64,000 nt of DNA from assembly GCF_006345805.1 (NCBI RefSeq), contig NC_043017.1:11160001-11224000 (forward strand). The letters are read 5' to 3'. The position numbers and the translations under genes are program-made. Below the pieces are notes generated by a model. The model ran no database searches. It was not told the DNA's origin and saw only the letters and a program-made list of their open reading frames with translations. This DNA is from Octopus sinensis (Eukaryota). Below, piece by piece: positions 38,798 to 50,853 of the stretch. Every line of letters starts with the position of its first letter. Within the stretch, counting starts at the first letter, position 1.

Positions 38798-39004
38798 ATC
38801 CAAACATGAAAGCACAAAAAAACACAACAACACGAGGACGTGGAACAAATATAGTATTATTGGACGCTCAGGAAAGAAGGAGGGTTTAACGTTTCGAGCG
38901 GAGCTCTTCGTCGGAAACATAGGAGAAGGAAAGATCCAGAGAAGGGAAGACAGAGGGAAAAAAATCGTCAACGGTACACACGAGGTCACATTTTGAATGT
39001 GACA
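38794..39004 (-). mobile_element. Second family of hammerhead-bearing element (Penelope-like fragment) between (TA)n tracts
   Basis: About 200 nt and homologous to 58420-58620 in the opposite orientation. Ends in a small fold-back gtcacatt-ttg-aatgtgac. Confidence 0.65.
38884..38918 (-). ncRNA. Putative minimal hammerhead ribozyme with palindromic stem III
   Basis: Minus strand reads GUUU-CCGACGA-A-GAGC UCC GCUC-GAAA-CG-UU-AAAC. The ACGU palindrome is typical of the dimeric minimal hammerheads of Penelope-like elements. Confidence 0.55.
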
Positions 39005-40569
39005 CATATATATATATATATATATATATATGGTGTGTGTGTGTGTGCCAGTGAAACAGAGAAACTGGCTTTATACTCCTTAAGAAGCAATGTGGACTAA
39101 ACCCCCCCACACACACACACACAGGGCTTCCACACAGTTTCCATCTACCACATTCACTCACATGGCATTGGTTGGCTTAAGTCTATAGTACATGACCCTT
39201 GTCCGAGGTGCCGCACAGTGTGACTGAACTTGAAACCACATGGCTCTTCTTCACTATAACCACACAGCCATACATCCACCCCGTTATTAACCCCCATTAA
39301 ATATGGTGGCTGTTCTTCTTCTCTTTGCTTCTTTTCATGTTTTTGGATTTCATATGCAAATCTACTGCTGGATATTGTTTAGATCTATTCTTTATAACTC
39401 CACTTATTTATTTAATTTCACACCAAGGTTGTTCTGGTTTTTGCTTTTAATTGCTATTGTACAGGAGTAAATTGCTGTCTTTATATTCCACTGGGGTATT
39501 TTTCCAAGGCATTGTTCTGTCACACACCGATTCTTGTGATTGGTCGGTTTGTGTTAGCAAACCCCGCCGCCACCACTACTCCCCCACCCTCTGTCGTACA
39601 GAGCTGGACCACTAACTGCATTGTTGAGTGTGAAAACGTGATCGTGTATATCTTTGGTTTATGGCACCATGGAAAATGGATGTTAGAGCAAAAAGAAAAG
39701 GTATTGATCTCAATCTTAATGTTGTTGTTGAATTCTCAGATGAAGTGTATCTATGATCAAAGATTTTCCGTTTGTGACCATTCCAGCTATCCATTTTCGG
39801 AATGTCTCTTCTTTAGTTTTGTCTCTTTTAATTTTTTTTTTTTTTTTTTTTTCTCAGAGGTTTGGCATTATGGTTAAAAAGCTTACTTTTTGCAACCACA
39901 GAGATTTGCATTCCACCTCACTGGGTATCACCTTGGACAAGTGTCTTTTGTAGCTCTAGGCTGACCAATGCTTTGTGAGTGAATTTGGTTGATGGAAACT
40001 GTGTGGAAGCTTGTCATGTTTATGTATGCGTCTGTCTTTGTGTCCCACTGCTTGACAACCAGTGTTGGTTTGTTTATGTCCTGTAACTTATCAGTTTGGC
40101 AAAAGAGAATGATAGAATAAGTACTCAACTTCACCAAAAAAAAAAAAACATCCTGGAGTTGATTTATTTGACTAAGCCCTTCAAGGCATTGCTCCAGCAT
40201 GGCAGCAATCCAATGCCTGAAACACGGAAAGCATAAAACATAAGTACAGTAAGGTGTGTGATTTGAAGGAGAACTTTAGTTGCTGTTGCTCTCAGCCCCA
40301 GTGACGATGTAGTGCTGTGTTCTTCAACTGTTTCACTTCCAAGTATTACTTTTAGTTAAAGGAATTTCCCCCTTCGGTCCCTTGGCTTTTCGGAACATCT
40401 GTCTTCATAATAAACTGATTTTATTAACTGACAAACCAACAAACGAATTTGTTTTCCCAGTGAACTGAACCGAACCATTGCTGTAATTACTGTATTGGCT
40501 TATATAAGTCTCACTCATGTCTGAGTTCCACTCAAGTCTGAGTCTCATTTGTGTCTGAGTCTTACATAT

Positions 40570-41068
40570 ATTATTTGCATCCCTCATTTATGGTTAAATC
40601 TGGGTACAGATACTTTTTCCTGTCCTTTGCTCTGTGTATGTTGCACCCTAATTTTTTGTGTTAAAAACAAGTATAAAATAGTGACTTTTACATCCATAAA
40701 TATGATGTGTGTGTGTATATATATACACACACACACATACACTGTGTATGTTACATCCCTAATTTAGCATCAAACCCTGGTACAAATATTTTTTCCCTTC
40801 ATAGTTTTATCTTTGCCTGGTTTATGTTGCACCCTACTTTTTTCAGTGAAAATCAAGTATAAAGTAGTGAGATTTATACATGCATAAATACGAGGTATGT
40901 GCTTGTATACTTATGCTATATTTATTTGTGTATAAGTCACACCCCTAATTTAGTGTTAAATCTTGGTACAATATTTTTTCCCTTCGTAGTTTTAGCTTTG
41001 CCCCTGTGTACAAGTCAGTTAAAATTCGAGTATGGATAGTGCAACTTTTACACCAGTTAATACAATAC
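40570..41068. repeat. Three degenerate tandem copies of a ~150-nt Tc2/pogo-like MITE
   Basis: Repeated ..tgtgtataagtcacacccctaatttag..ggtac..gtgc/gaCTTTTACA..AAATAc modules. Confidence 0.55.
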
Positions 41069-43699
41069 ATATAATTAAGTAATTATACAATTTACACTGC
41101 AGTCTTTTTTATAAATTTCGAACACCACTTATCTTGTGGCGTCTCACTTCGAGAACTATCTTTGTGGACATTAGAAGCTTCACAGACCCTTGATTGGGGA
41201 CCTGCTGATGTAGAGGCCCCGGCATTGGTTCAGTCTTCAATAGGATTAATTGATAATATATTAATTACCACAGTTTATGATTTACTCAACTGTTAGAGTT
41301 TATTTATCTATACTAGGCACAGGTGTGGCTGTGGGACAAGATGTTTGCTTTCCAACCAGATGCTTTTAAGTTCAATCCCACTGCATGGCACCCTGGGTAT
41401 ATGTCTTTTACTATAACCACAGGCTGACCAAAGCCTAATGAGTGGATTTGGTAGGCAGAAACTGTGGAAACCCATTTTAGAAGTTTGTGGGGCAATACTT
41501 CTCGGTAAGTTAGCAAATAGATTTTGTTTATGAAACAAAGTACATTTCCCATCTAAATAATTTGACTCGAAAATTTCTCTTCAAGGTGACTGATTATGTT
41601 TTCATTAGCTAGACTTAGTTATTGCTGTTAGTCTAAATGTATTTGGGTGATTGAGTTACCAAAATGATTTCTGAATTAGCTTCTCAAAGAGTTGGGTTTG
41701 TAAATTATTTAGCAGTTTGAAGATTTTTTTTTTTTACCGCAGTTCTAAGGTTACCAACATTCAACAATTTTGTTCTTGGTTGTTTTGATCAATTTCCAGA
41801 ATATATTTACCAAACGAGGAAGATTAAGATCAAAGAAAGTGCACTTAAGTGGTAATTATCAAGTGCACTTTTTTTTGTAATAGTATTTTTTTTTTTTATT
41901 TTGCAAAGTATAAACTTTTAATGCTTTTGTTAACATATTATTTTTATTTAAATGAGCTGTTGGTTTCAATTAATTTTGAAATTAATATAGAATTTAGAAA
42001 AATTAATTAGTCGTTATTAAGCTGGTGTTTGGAACATAAATTGTCAAATTTTGATGGAAGGGTTCAATTTAGATCACTTTAATCGTTTTGTTACCATATT
42101 TCTGTTGAAATGCTGCTTTTGTTTTATTAATTAGTTTTGAAAGAGTTAAAATCTTATTGCAGTGTTTCACTGACTTATTTTTTTCTGTGTTCAAATTGAA
42201 TAATTCATCTGTAGCAAGATAGGAAATTGGTGGAATCATTAGAGCATCATGTAGAATGCTAATGTAGTATTTGTTGCACCTCCCTGCACAAATTCCAATT
42301 CCACTAAGGTCAAATTTGCCCTTTATATTTTTTGGGATTGATAAACAAATTACCAGTTAGGTACTGTAGCAAATTATACTTACTCTCTCTCTAATCGAGA
42401 ATGTAAAAAAGGAGAAAGCAAAGTCTTCAGTGTGAGTATGTGGTTTGTGGGGTCAACCGCATCCTCTGCTTAATTTTTTGTTAATCATTCATTCTCATTT
42501 ATTTGTATATATTTTAATTGTTTGTTTATTCATACGTTTGTCTCATTCGATACCCTGACCCCAACGTTTGTTTTGTCTGTCTCCGTATTGTCCCCTCTTT
42601 TTCTCAACCTTATGGTGAATAAAGAAATACTCTCTCTCTCTCTTTCACACACACACACCAGAGGGTTCAAAACCTGTAGATATCTTAGTCTTCTATCATT
42701 CAAAATTGACCATATTGGTCATAAAACCATAAAACCAAAACTGCCTGTGTTAATTATTTATTAACCTTATGCTTTGTTGATGTATTACTGTGTTAGTTAG
42801 AATGCAAACCTAACCCCATACAGGAAGTTACATTTTTTTTTTTAGTTTCATCAGTTTTTTTTTTCCTTAAATTTTTTTTTTCCTTAAATTTTTTTTTATG
42901 ATAACATCAACAGCATTTAAATAACAAATGAGAAAGTACTATGATAAACTCATTCTGTTTTTTGAAAAATATTTTCTCATAAAGTTATGAGAAGAAGGAA
43001 GAATTACCAATATGCTTTAAGATTATAGTCATAGGCAGAAAGGGCGAGGTGGTGATGGTGGCAGTGGAGTCTGGAGGCACGGCTGAAAGTGATGGCTTGG
43101 CATTGACAACAAACCAAAATGCTGATCTGAGAACCATATGGAGTTTTTTTAAGTTTATTCTATGTTTTTTTACGATAACAAAATCGGGAAAAATTATGTT
43201 TACATTGACTTTGCTTGTTAATATAGATATTATGTTTCCCCTTGGCAGATGGAAATTAGATAAAACGATAGGCGGAGACTTAAAGGTGTGGTGGTGGTGG
43301 TGGTGGAGTCAGTGTGGGATGTGGGATTTTCTGGAAAAAATGATGAGGGGAAAAAAAGACTTCAGCAACTGCTATATTTCTCGGCTTTTTATTTCTTGAT
43401 GATGTATTATGTGTGGGAAGGAAAGTATATTTAATGTAGGAAATATAAAAGAAACATAACTAAAAAATGAGTGTGCAGTGAGGATGATAAAAATGGAAAA
43501 AAAAGTTAGTCATTGATGAGTAGTATTTGAAGTTTCTTGCTAGGGAGACACCTCTGTAACCTGTTGCCATTTTTGTCTATGACCTCATCGGTGATATGTA
43601 GACTTTGCTAGGCTTGCCAAAGAAGAGTCAGGAAAATCAGTGTTTAAGAATGTATGAGTGTACATCGGTTCCTCATTGGCAGATTGGATCCACTGTAAA

Positions 43700-44600
43700 T
43701 TCCAGGCTTTGTTGTAGTGTGGTAGAACATGTGTCACAATGGCCCTGATAGCTGTGCCAACGGTGCACAATTCCTGGTAGGGCTTCCTCCCAAGCTGGAC
43801 AGGTCAGAGGCCAGATTAATATGGACCAGCTCTTCGCAAAGGTAAAAATGGGTTTGTGTTGGGCCAACACCTCTACCTGGAAAAACAGCAAAGTTATAGA
43901 AGAATTGGTAACAATTTATAACTAACAAGACTAAGGAGAGAAAGGCTTTTCTTTAGGGAAGCATATGACTCATCAGGACCTGACTTGGAACTCACAAGGG
44001 AGGCAGAAGAGAGGATGACCTAAAAGTAAATGGCTGGAAATGGGATATTGAAGCAGAGTTGGAAAAGTAGGGATCCAGTTGGAGAGAAATAGAAAAGATG
44101 ACCCACTTTTTCATACTGGCATAGATCGAAACCATCACAAGGACCAGTCTTTGTTGTTTGTTGCATGTGGATTGTGTGCCTCAGTGATCCTGACTGCTTC
44201 ACCTACAGAGTGCAAACCCTTGGTAGGTGATACCTACCACCACCATGTGGAGAGATCAAAATATAGAGGTCAGCCTAATATGGACCTCTTCCCAATGGCA
44301 AAAATAGGTTTGCATAAGGTCAACATGTCCACCTAGACAAAAGGTTTCAGAAGCGATGGTGACGATTCAGGCCCAACAAAACCTGGTAGAGGAAGGCCTT
44401 CATTTAGGGAAGCTCTGACTTGGAACCCATGAGGGAGGTGGTAGGTTGGGTGCCCTAAAAATAGCTGGAGGCAGGATACTCAGGTAGAGCTGAAAAAAGC
44501 AGATATTTAACCTGAGAGCGAGAAGCAGTAAAGACAGCTGAAAATGGAGAAAAGTTGTTGATGGCCTTTGCTCCATGGGGGTGGGAAAAAGGGATTGAGT
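43700..44600 (+). mobile_element. Degenerate RTE-clade LINE remnants (two 3'-terminal segments, possible 5' UTR piece)
   Basis: About 44409-44583 decodes with stops and shifts to EALTWNP*GR..GCPKNSWRQDTQVELKK..WRKVVDGLCSMG (RTE C-terminus). A paralogous stretch lies at 43940-44075. Confidence 0.65.
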
Positions 44601-44842
44601 AACTAATTACAAGTTGGGTGGTCCCCCCCCCCCCACTAAGGTAGTGTTTTATGACCAGATGCTATTTCCTTCATCGACCCTTCAGTCCCCTTTTATGACA
44701 TATAAGGACATAGTATCAGACTTAAATAAGTAAATACTGAGGTTGATATTTTAATTTTTTTTTTTGACTAAATCTTTCAAGGCAGTCTCTACATTTGAAA
44801 GACCAGAACAAGTAAAAGATAGACATTCCCCCTGGCACGTGT

Positions 44843-45140
44843 GGAGGTGCATAGCTCAGTGGTTAGGGTATTCCACTCACAATGGTAACGCTGTGAATTC
44901 AGATTCTAGTAGTGTGTTGTGTCCTTGAGCAAGACCCTTCATTTCACAATGCTCCAGTCCATTCAGCTGGCAAGAATGAGTTGTACCTGTAATTTCAAAG
45001 GGGCCAGTAGTTCTCTCTGAGAACTACATTAAAGGTATGCGTCTGTGGAGTACTCAGCCACTTGCATGTTAATTTCACAAGCAGACTGTTTAGTTGATTG
45101 AATCAGCTGGAACACTGGTTGTCCTGACTGATGGAGGAGA
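44843..45140 (+). mobile_element. Diverged relative of the family G SINE with a CORE-like segment
   Basis: tRNA-like head, gtgtccttgagcaagac segment, and a 3' half shared with 16943-17329 (gtctgtggagtactcagccacttgca). Confidence 0.7.
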
Positions 45141-45524
45141 GCCAGGCCATGCACATACATAAAAGATGAAGATAATTGCAATACACAGATGTGTTCAAGA
45201 GATCTTTGTTTGGAGTGTCTGACATCAATACGTAAATATGTAAATTTATGCAAAATACATAGAGATTACAGATTTGAGGAGTGTACAATCTCTTTGATCG
45301 GACGTGGGTTTTTCTTTCTTTTTGAGCCAAAGTAGGACAACAGGGTCAAAAAGAAGGTTGAGAAAGACTGTTGTAGGCACTCCCTTTTGACCCAGGCTGT
45401 CACTTGTTATTGGTGTTGTTTTATAGCCCCAGGCCAGTCCTGATCAACTAGCTTCCCTTATGATCAGAGACAGTCTAACAATTACCGTCCTGTTTTCTTC
45501 CCCCCCCCTTCACCCTGGGTACAC

Positions 45525-45726
45525 TCTCTTTTTTACTCTTTTACTTGTTTCAGTCATTTGACTGCGGCCATACTGGAGCACCGCCTTTTTAGTCAAGCAA
45601 ATCGACCCTGGGACTTATTCTTTGTAAGCCCAGTACTTATTTTATCGGTCTCTCTTTTGCAGAACCGCTAAGTGACGGGGACGTAAACACACCAGCATCT
45701 GTTGTCAAGCAATGCTAGGGGGACAG

Positions 45727-45759
<33 letters not shown>

Positions 45760-45921
45760 CATATATACGACAGGCTTCTTTCAGTTTCCGTCTACCAAAT
45801 CCACTCACAAGGCTTTGGTCGGCCCGGGGCTATAGCAGAAGACACTTGCCCAAGATGCCATGCAGTGGGACTGAACCCGGAACCATGTGGTTGGTTAGCA
45901 AGCTACTTACCACACAGCCAC
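45525..45921 (-). mobile_element. Family B SINE
   Basis: Near-consensus reverse copy. Confidence 0.9.
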
Positions 45922-46226
45922 ACTGTTTCCAATAAGATTGGTCATGCGCAAACTGTGGCCCAGGGCACTTCTTCCTGAATAGCACGCGTAACCCTAAGTG
46001 AAAAATGACCCCAAATCTTTTTAGCATTGTAGTCATGTCTCTTATGGCCTGCTTCTCAAAAAAAAAGTTGCTTGTGGCTGTAGTAGATGGTGGTTTTTTA
46101 GGAAATACAACTGCTATTTCTAGCAGGTCATGACTGAACACAAAGAAGCCCTCTATATTGAGGAGTCTGCAAAAAAGGAACTTAAAACATGTCTGTCTCT
46201 TTTACTCTTCGGTTGTTGTAAACGTC

Positions 46227-46269
<43 letters not shown>

Positions 46270-46866
46270 TCTTCCTCCTCCTGTATATAAAAAATACTTA
46301 TTATTATTATTATTATTATCAGCATCATCATCATCTTGTTTACCTCTGCAAAGTGGTTGCCTGTTATTTCCACTTCATTAACCTAGTTTTTTATTTTATT
46401 TTATTTTATTTCATTTTTATTTCATTTTTTTTTTTTTTATTTCCTTGTCTGAATTGTCTAAATATTTATAGTTACTTTTATTTTATTTTTTTATTTTTTT
46501 AGTCAGGGTGGGGAAGAAGGAGGGGGGAAGTGCCTGTTCTGACCTTTACAGGTCCTCCTCCTCTTCTTCCAAGCCTGGTGAGATTGATGGAGTTGATAGC
46601 AAAGTGTTGTTACAAATTATCCAAATGAGTGTTGTGCCATTTCCTTATGTACACACACACACACACACACATATGTATCTCTGTCTATTTATATATATGT
46701 GTGTCCATGTCTGTATTTGCCTAAGGTGCTATGCAGTAGGATTGAACCTGAAACCATGTGGTTAACATGGAAAGTTCATAACTGCATGGCCACACGTGCA
46801 CCTTAGCCATGTGTGTGTCATTTTTCTTTTGTTTTCATTCCTGGCTCTTGAGTTCAATTTTAGTCA

Positions 46867-47158
46867 CAGGCTTCTTTCAACCCAAGGTTCCTTAACCATT
46901 TCCTTCCTATGGACCCACATTGATTCTTATTTTACTCCACTGGATTCCCATAGTCGTTCAATGCATAAAAACATCCTATTATATTTTTAAAATTAAATAT
47001 TAGTTGGAATTTTATATAAAGATTAAAATATTTTGTGTATTGTAGAAGTATATTAAATTTATTGGACAAATTTTAGCCACAAAATTTTCTTTGGATCCTC
47101 TCCAAGAGTCATGTGGATCCCCTCCAAGAGTCATGTGGACCTCTGTTGAGAACCACTG
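46867..47158. mobile_element. hAT-like (MER5/MER20-style) MITE remnant
   Basis: Right end GTTGAGAACCACTG, degenerate left end cagg..tttcaacc, and subterminal 22-nt ggatcc/ggacc repeats. Confidence 0.5.
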
Positions 47159-47494
47159 CTTTAACCTAAGACCAATCCTAGTTCTCTTTTAAAGGGACTG
47201 AAATAAAACTATCCCTCAAAATTTCATGTTCACCTATTTTCTGAAATATCAGTTTAATTGACAAAGTCAATTTACTAAATTCTTCGTTATTTTTGAAAAT
47301 TGATTGAAACAGAGTTGGTGTATTCAAACTGAAATATGATGACAAAAGGGTTCACAAGCTCAGTTTGCAAGGAAAGGAAAGATATTTTATTCAAAATATT
47401 TCCAATATAGATCCAGCCAATACTGATTTAGCTGCTGTGTAATTGAAGCTGTTCCAGATGTGCCCAACTCATCTATTTTTTTTCAAGCACTGTG

Positions 47495-47750
47495 AAGGCA
47501 CTTAGCCTAGTGTTGTAAGCTTGTGGTTTTGGTTCCTGGACTGGGCAGTGTATTATATTCTTGAGGAAAACACTTCATTTCACACTAACTCCAGTCCACT
47601 CAACAGTAAATGAGTTATAAGAAATATCTGGGAAGTTAACTCTGTGATGGACTGGCATCCCATCCATGAGGGGAACGTTGTCATCTCAAGAATTTACATG
47701 ACAGGGAAGCTGGGTTAACTTTCAGGCTCATGAGTCCTTGGGCTCATGAC
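47495..47750 (+). mobile_element. Old tRNA SINE with CORE-like and V-domain-like segments (similar copies at 7845-8072 minus and 38586-38760 plus)
   Basis: ttcttgaggaaaacacttcatttcac followed by ctgtgatggactggcatcccatcca, which resembles the V-SINE domain. Confidence 0.55.
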
Positions 47751-48927
47751 TGACCTAAGTCTATCTAGGACTATTTTATCTGTTGTGCCCCCTCGCCTTT
47801 TTAGACAACACCTGGAACTACATGACCTAATGTGCTGTCTCAGAGTGGTTTGAATGGAATTTGACTGCTATTGCTAGCAAATCAATTGACCTGAGAGATA
47901 CCCTCAGTTAGCTCTTAGAATGATGCCTATTTGTCCTTTTTTGTTTTTCCTGCCTATTCTACTCTTCAAGAGCAAGGAAACAAAACAATTTGATGACAGG
48001 GTGAGATGGGCTGTATGGTGGGGGTTATTTTGAGAAATACCGCCATCCCATGTCAACACATTGTTCTTGAAACAGGAATTACACACTTGCCCCTCCTCAA
48101 TGCCAAGCTTTCACTCATTGTAAACATGTACAAGCGTGTCTAATTGGCAGCCATCCTTCTTGTTCTTAAGATGTAAAGACTTATTTTTCTTTTTCTGCAA
48201 ACAGTATCAAATTCAATTTCTCTCTTTTTCTTTTTCCACTTCCCTCCCTCGAACACTTTTCACTACCACCCTTCCTCTCTCACATCCTCTTCCTCTCACC
48301 CTCTCCTTTTTTTCCAAAACCCATCTGCCCCCACACTCTCATATATTACAAACAAATTCAGTTATGGGTGGAGAATACATTTTCATTTTTACTAATGTAA
48401 AAATAACTTACACACACATACATACACACACATATACTAAAAATTGAAAGGACATACACTTAAAAATAACGAATGTAATTAAAAATAAATAAAACGAATT
48501 AAGGGAGATAACTAAAAAGAACCAATGGGTGGAATGATGAATGACCAAGATCTTGGCATTATATCATGCTTGAGTAGAAGACCATCAAGCCAAGTAAAAT
48601 TGCAGTCATGGCAGATACTGGTGTTCTGCAAATGGTACCCGTGCCCATGACAGGTAAAAGCACCCATTACACTCTCAGAGTGGTTGGCATTAGGAAGGGC
48701 ATCCAGTCATAGAAAACCATGCCAAATCAGACTGGAGCGTGGTGCAGCCTTCCAGCTTGCCAGCTCTGATCAGTTTGACCAATCCATGCCAGCAGGGACA
48801 ACAGACATTAAATAATGATGATAATGTGTGTGTGTGTGTGTGTGTAATCAACATAAAGTGAAAGGCAACACAAGAGGGACAGGTTTTAACAAATACTTTA
48901 TTAATTTAGAAAAGAAATATACATATA

Positions 48928-49098
48928 GGCGCAGGAGTGGCTGTGTAGTAAGTAGCTTGCTGACCAACCACATGGTTCCAAGTTCAGTCCTACTGCGTGA
49001 CACCTTGCGCAAGTGTCTTCTACTCTAGCCTCGGGCCGACCAAAGCCTTGTGAGTAGATTTGGTAGACGGAAACTGAAAGAAGCCCATCGTATATATG

Positions 49099-49140
<42 letters not shown>

Positions 49141-49148
49141 TATATGTA

Positions 49149-49194
<46 letters not shown>

Positions 49195-49405
49195 ATGTAT
49201 GTTTGTGTGTCTGTGTTTGTCCCCCTAGCATCGCTTGACAACTGATGCTGGTATGTTTATGTCCCCGTCACTTAGCAGTTCGGCAAAAGAGACCGATAGA
49301 ATAAGTACTGGGCTTACAAAAGAATAAGTCCAGGGGTCGAGTTGCTCGACTAAAGGCGGTGCACCAGCATGGCCGCAGTCAAAATGACTGAAACAAGTAA
49401 AAGAG
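48928..49405 (+). mobile_element. Full-length family B SINE
   Basis: Runs ggcgcaggagtggctg to gactgaaacaagtaaaagag with an expanded internal microsatellite. Confidence 0.9.
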
Positions 49406-50619
49406 TATATATATATATACATATATACACACACATACACATATATATACACACACATACACATACACACGCGCGAAATCCTGACTGACAGAATTCTGCT
49501 ATTGGGTGTGTCTTGCTGCCTGCTCATTCTATGTAAATCTTCTGCTGCTGCTGCTGGACTATATTTAGAGTTGTGTTCCTTTCTTTCCCTTTCCTTTGCA
49601 GTTCCTGTCTAATAATAACCGTGTAATGATGTCTTCTATAGCTTCTCTTACTTCAACATTTCTTGTTCCTTTAGGGGGTGGGGGAGATCCCCCCCTCCCC
49701 TCCACTTCTTTTTCTTTCTTTCTCAGAAACTGATACAATATTCTGCAGCAATGCTCAGTTATGCTTTGCAGAAGAATGCATCTGCTCTGCAGAATGATGC
49801 ACCAGCTGCTCTTGCATCAGATTGATGTCTTTTTGTTTGTTTTGGTTTTTTAAATGTCAAATTCATTGTATCAAAGAGTCTCCCAGTATAGACTAGCATA
49901 AACAAACCGATGTACATAAATTCTTGCTTGTTATTGCTGTGGTGTTGGTAATGTTTATAGCCCTGGGTCAGACAGCCCTGATTGAGCTGACCTATAAGTT
50001 TTCTTTTTTAATTCTGGCTCCATGCAAGCAATCTCGAGAGAATGGGGTGGAATGGGGGGCAAGCGATTACATCAACCCCAGTGCTCAACTGCTACTTATT
50101 TAATCACCCCCCCCCCCCAAAAAAAAACAGATGGAAGGCAAAGTTGATCCAGGCAGGATTTGAACTCAGAATGTAATGAGTCACATGAAATGCTGCTCAG
50201 AATGTTTGTCTGATTTGTTAACAATTCTGCCAGCTTGCTGACCTATAATCAAAAGGGTATGTGCATTGATAATTCTGTCCTTTCTTTCCAAAGGCATAGT
50301 TTACCAAGGAATCCTACAATCTAATGTCTACACGTTTCCTTCGTCATTTTAAGATGGTATGTTTATATTTCTTAGAAGTTTAGCTCTTGTTTTTAGCATG
50401 TCGAGCAACATCCTACAAATTCCGTTGTTAGCACTTGGTTGTCTCAAGAACTAAAGAAAGCAATGCCTCCCACATTCATTTTGTTGGGGGTGACCTCAAC
50501 AGAATTTGAACTCAGAATGGAGCGACAGGTGAAATACCGTTCAGCATTTCATCCACCATGCTAACGATTCTGCCACTTCACCGCCTTAAAAAACTGGAAC
50601 ATACAATAATAATAATAAT

Positions 50620-50853
50620 TAATTCTTTTATTGGCCACAAGGGCTGACAAAAATCAATTATCACATAAAGGGACAAAACAGGACGAAAGGTTACAAAGGG
50701 TTTTGTCCGTTTGTGAAAAATCCGAGTAAAAACAGTTTAACAACGAAAGATTATAACAATGAAAATCTCCCAAAAGGGGGAGGCGTTACGAAAGGTTCCT
50801 GGTGGAAAAAACCCATAAAAGCCAACGGGAGCCTGGTCAAAAAAGGGAGGGTT
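50620..50853 (-). mobile_element. LINE 3' UTR fragment (probably Tx1/L1-like) whose end resembles the family A SINE tail
   Basis: Minus strand ends ..gtcctgttttgtccctttatgtg..cagcccttgtggccaataaaagaa, followed by (TTA)n. Confidence 0.55.
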
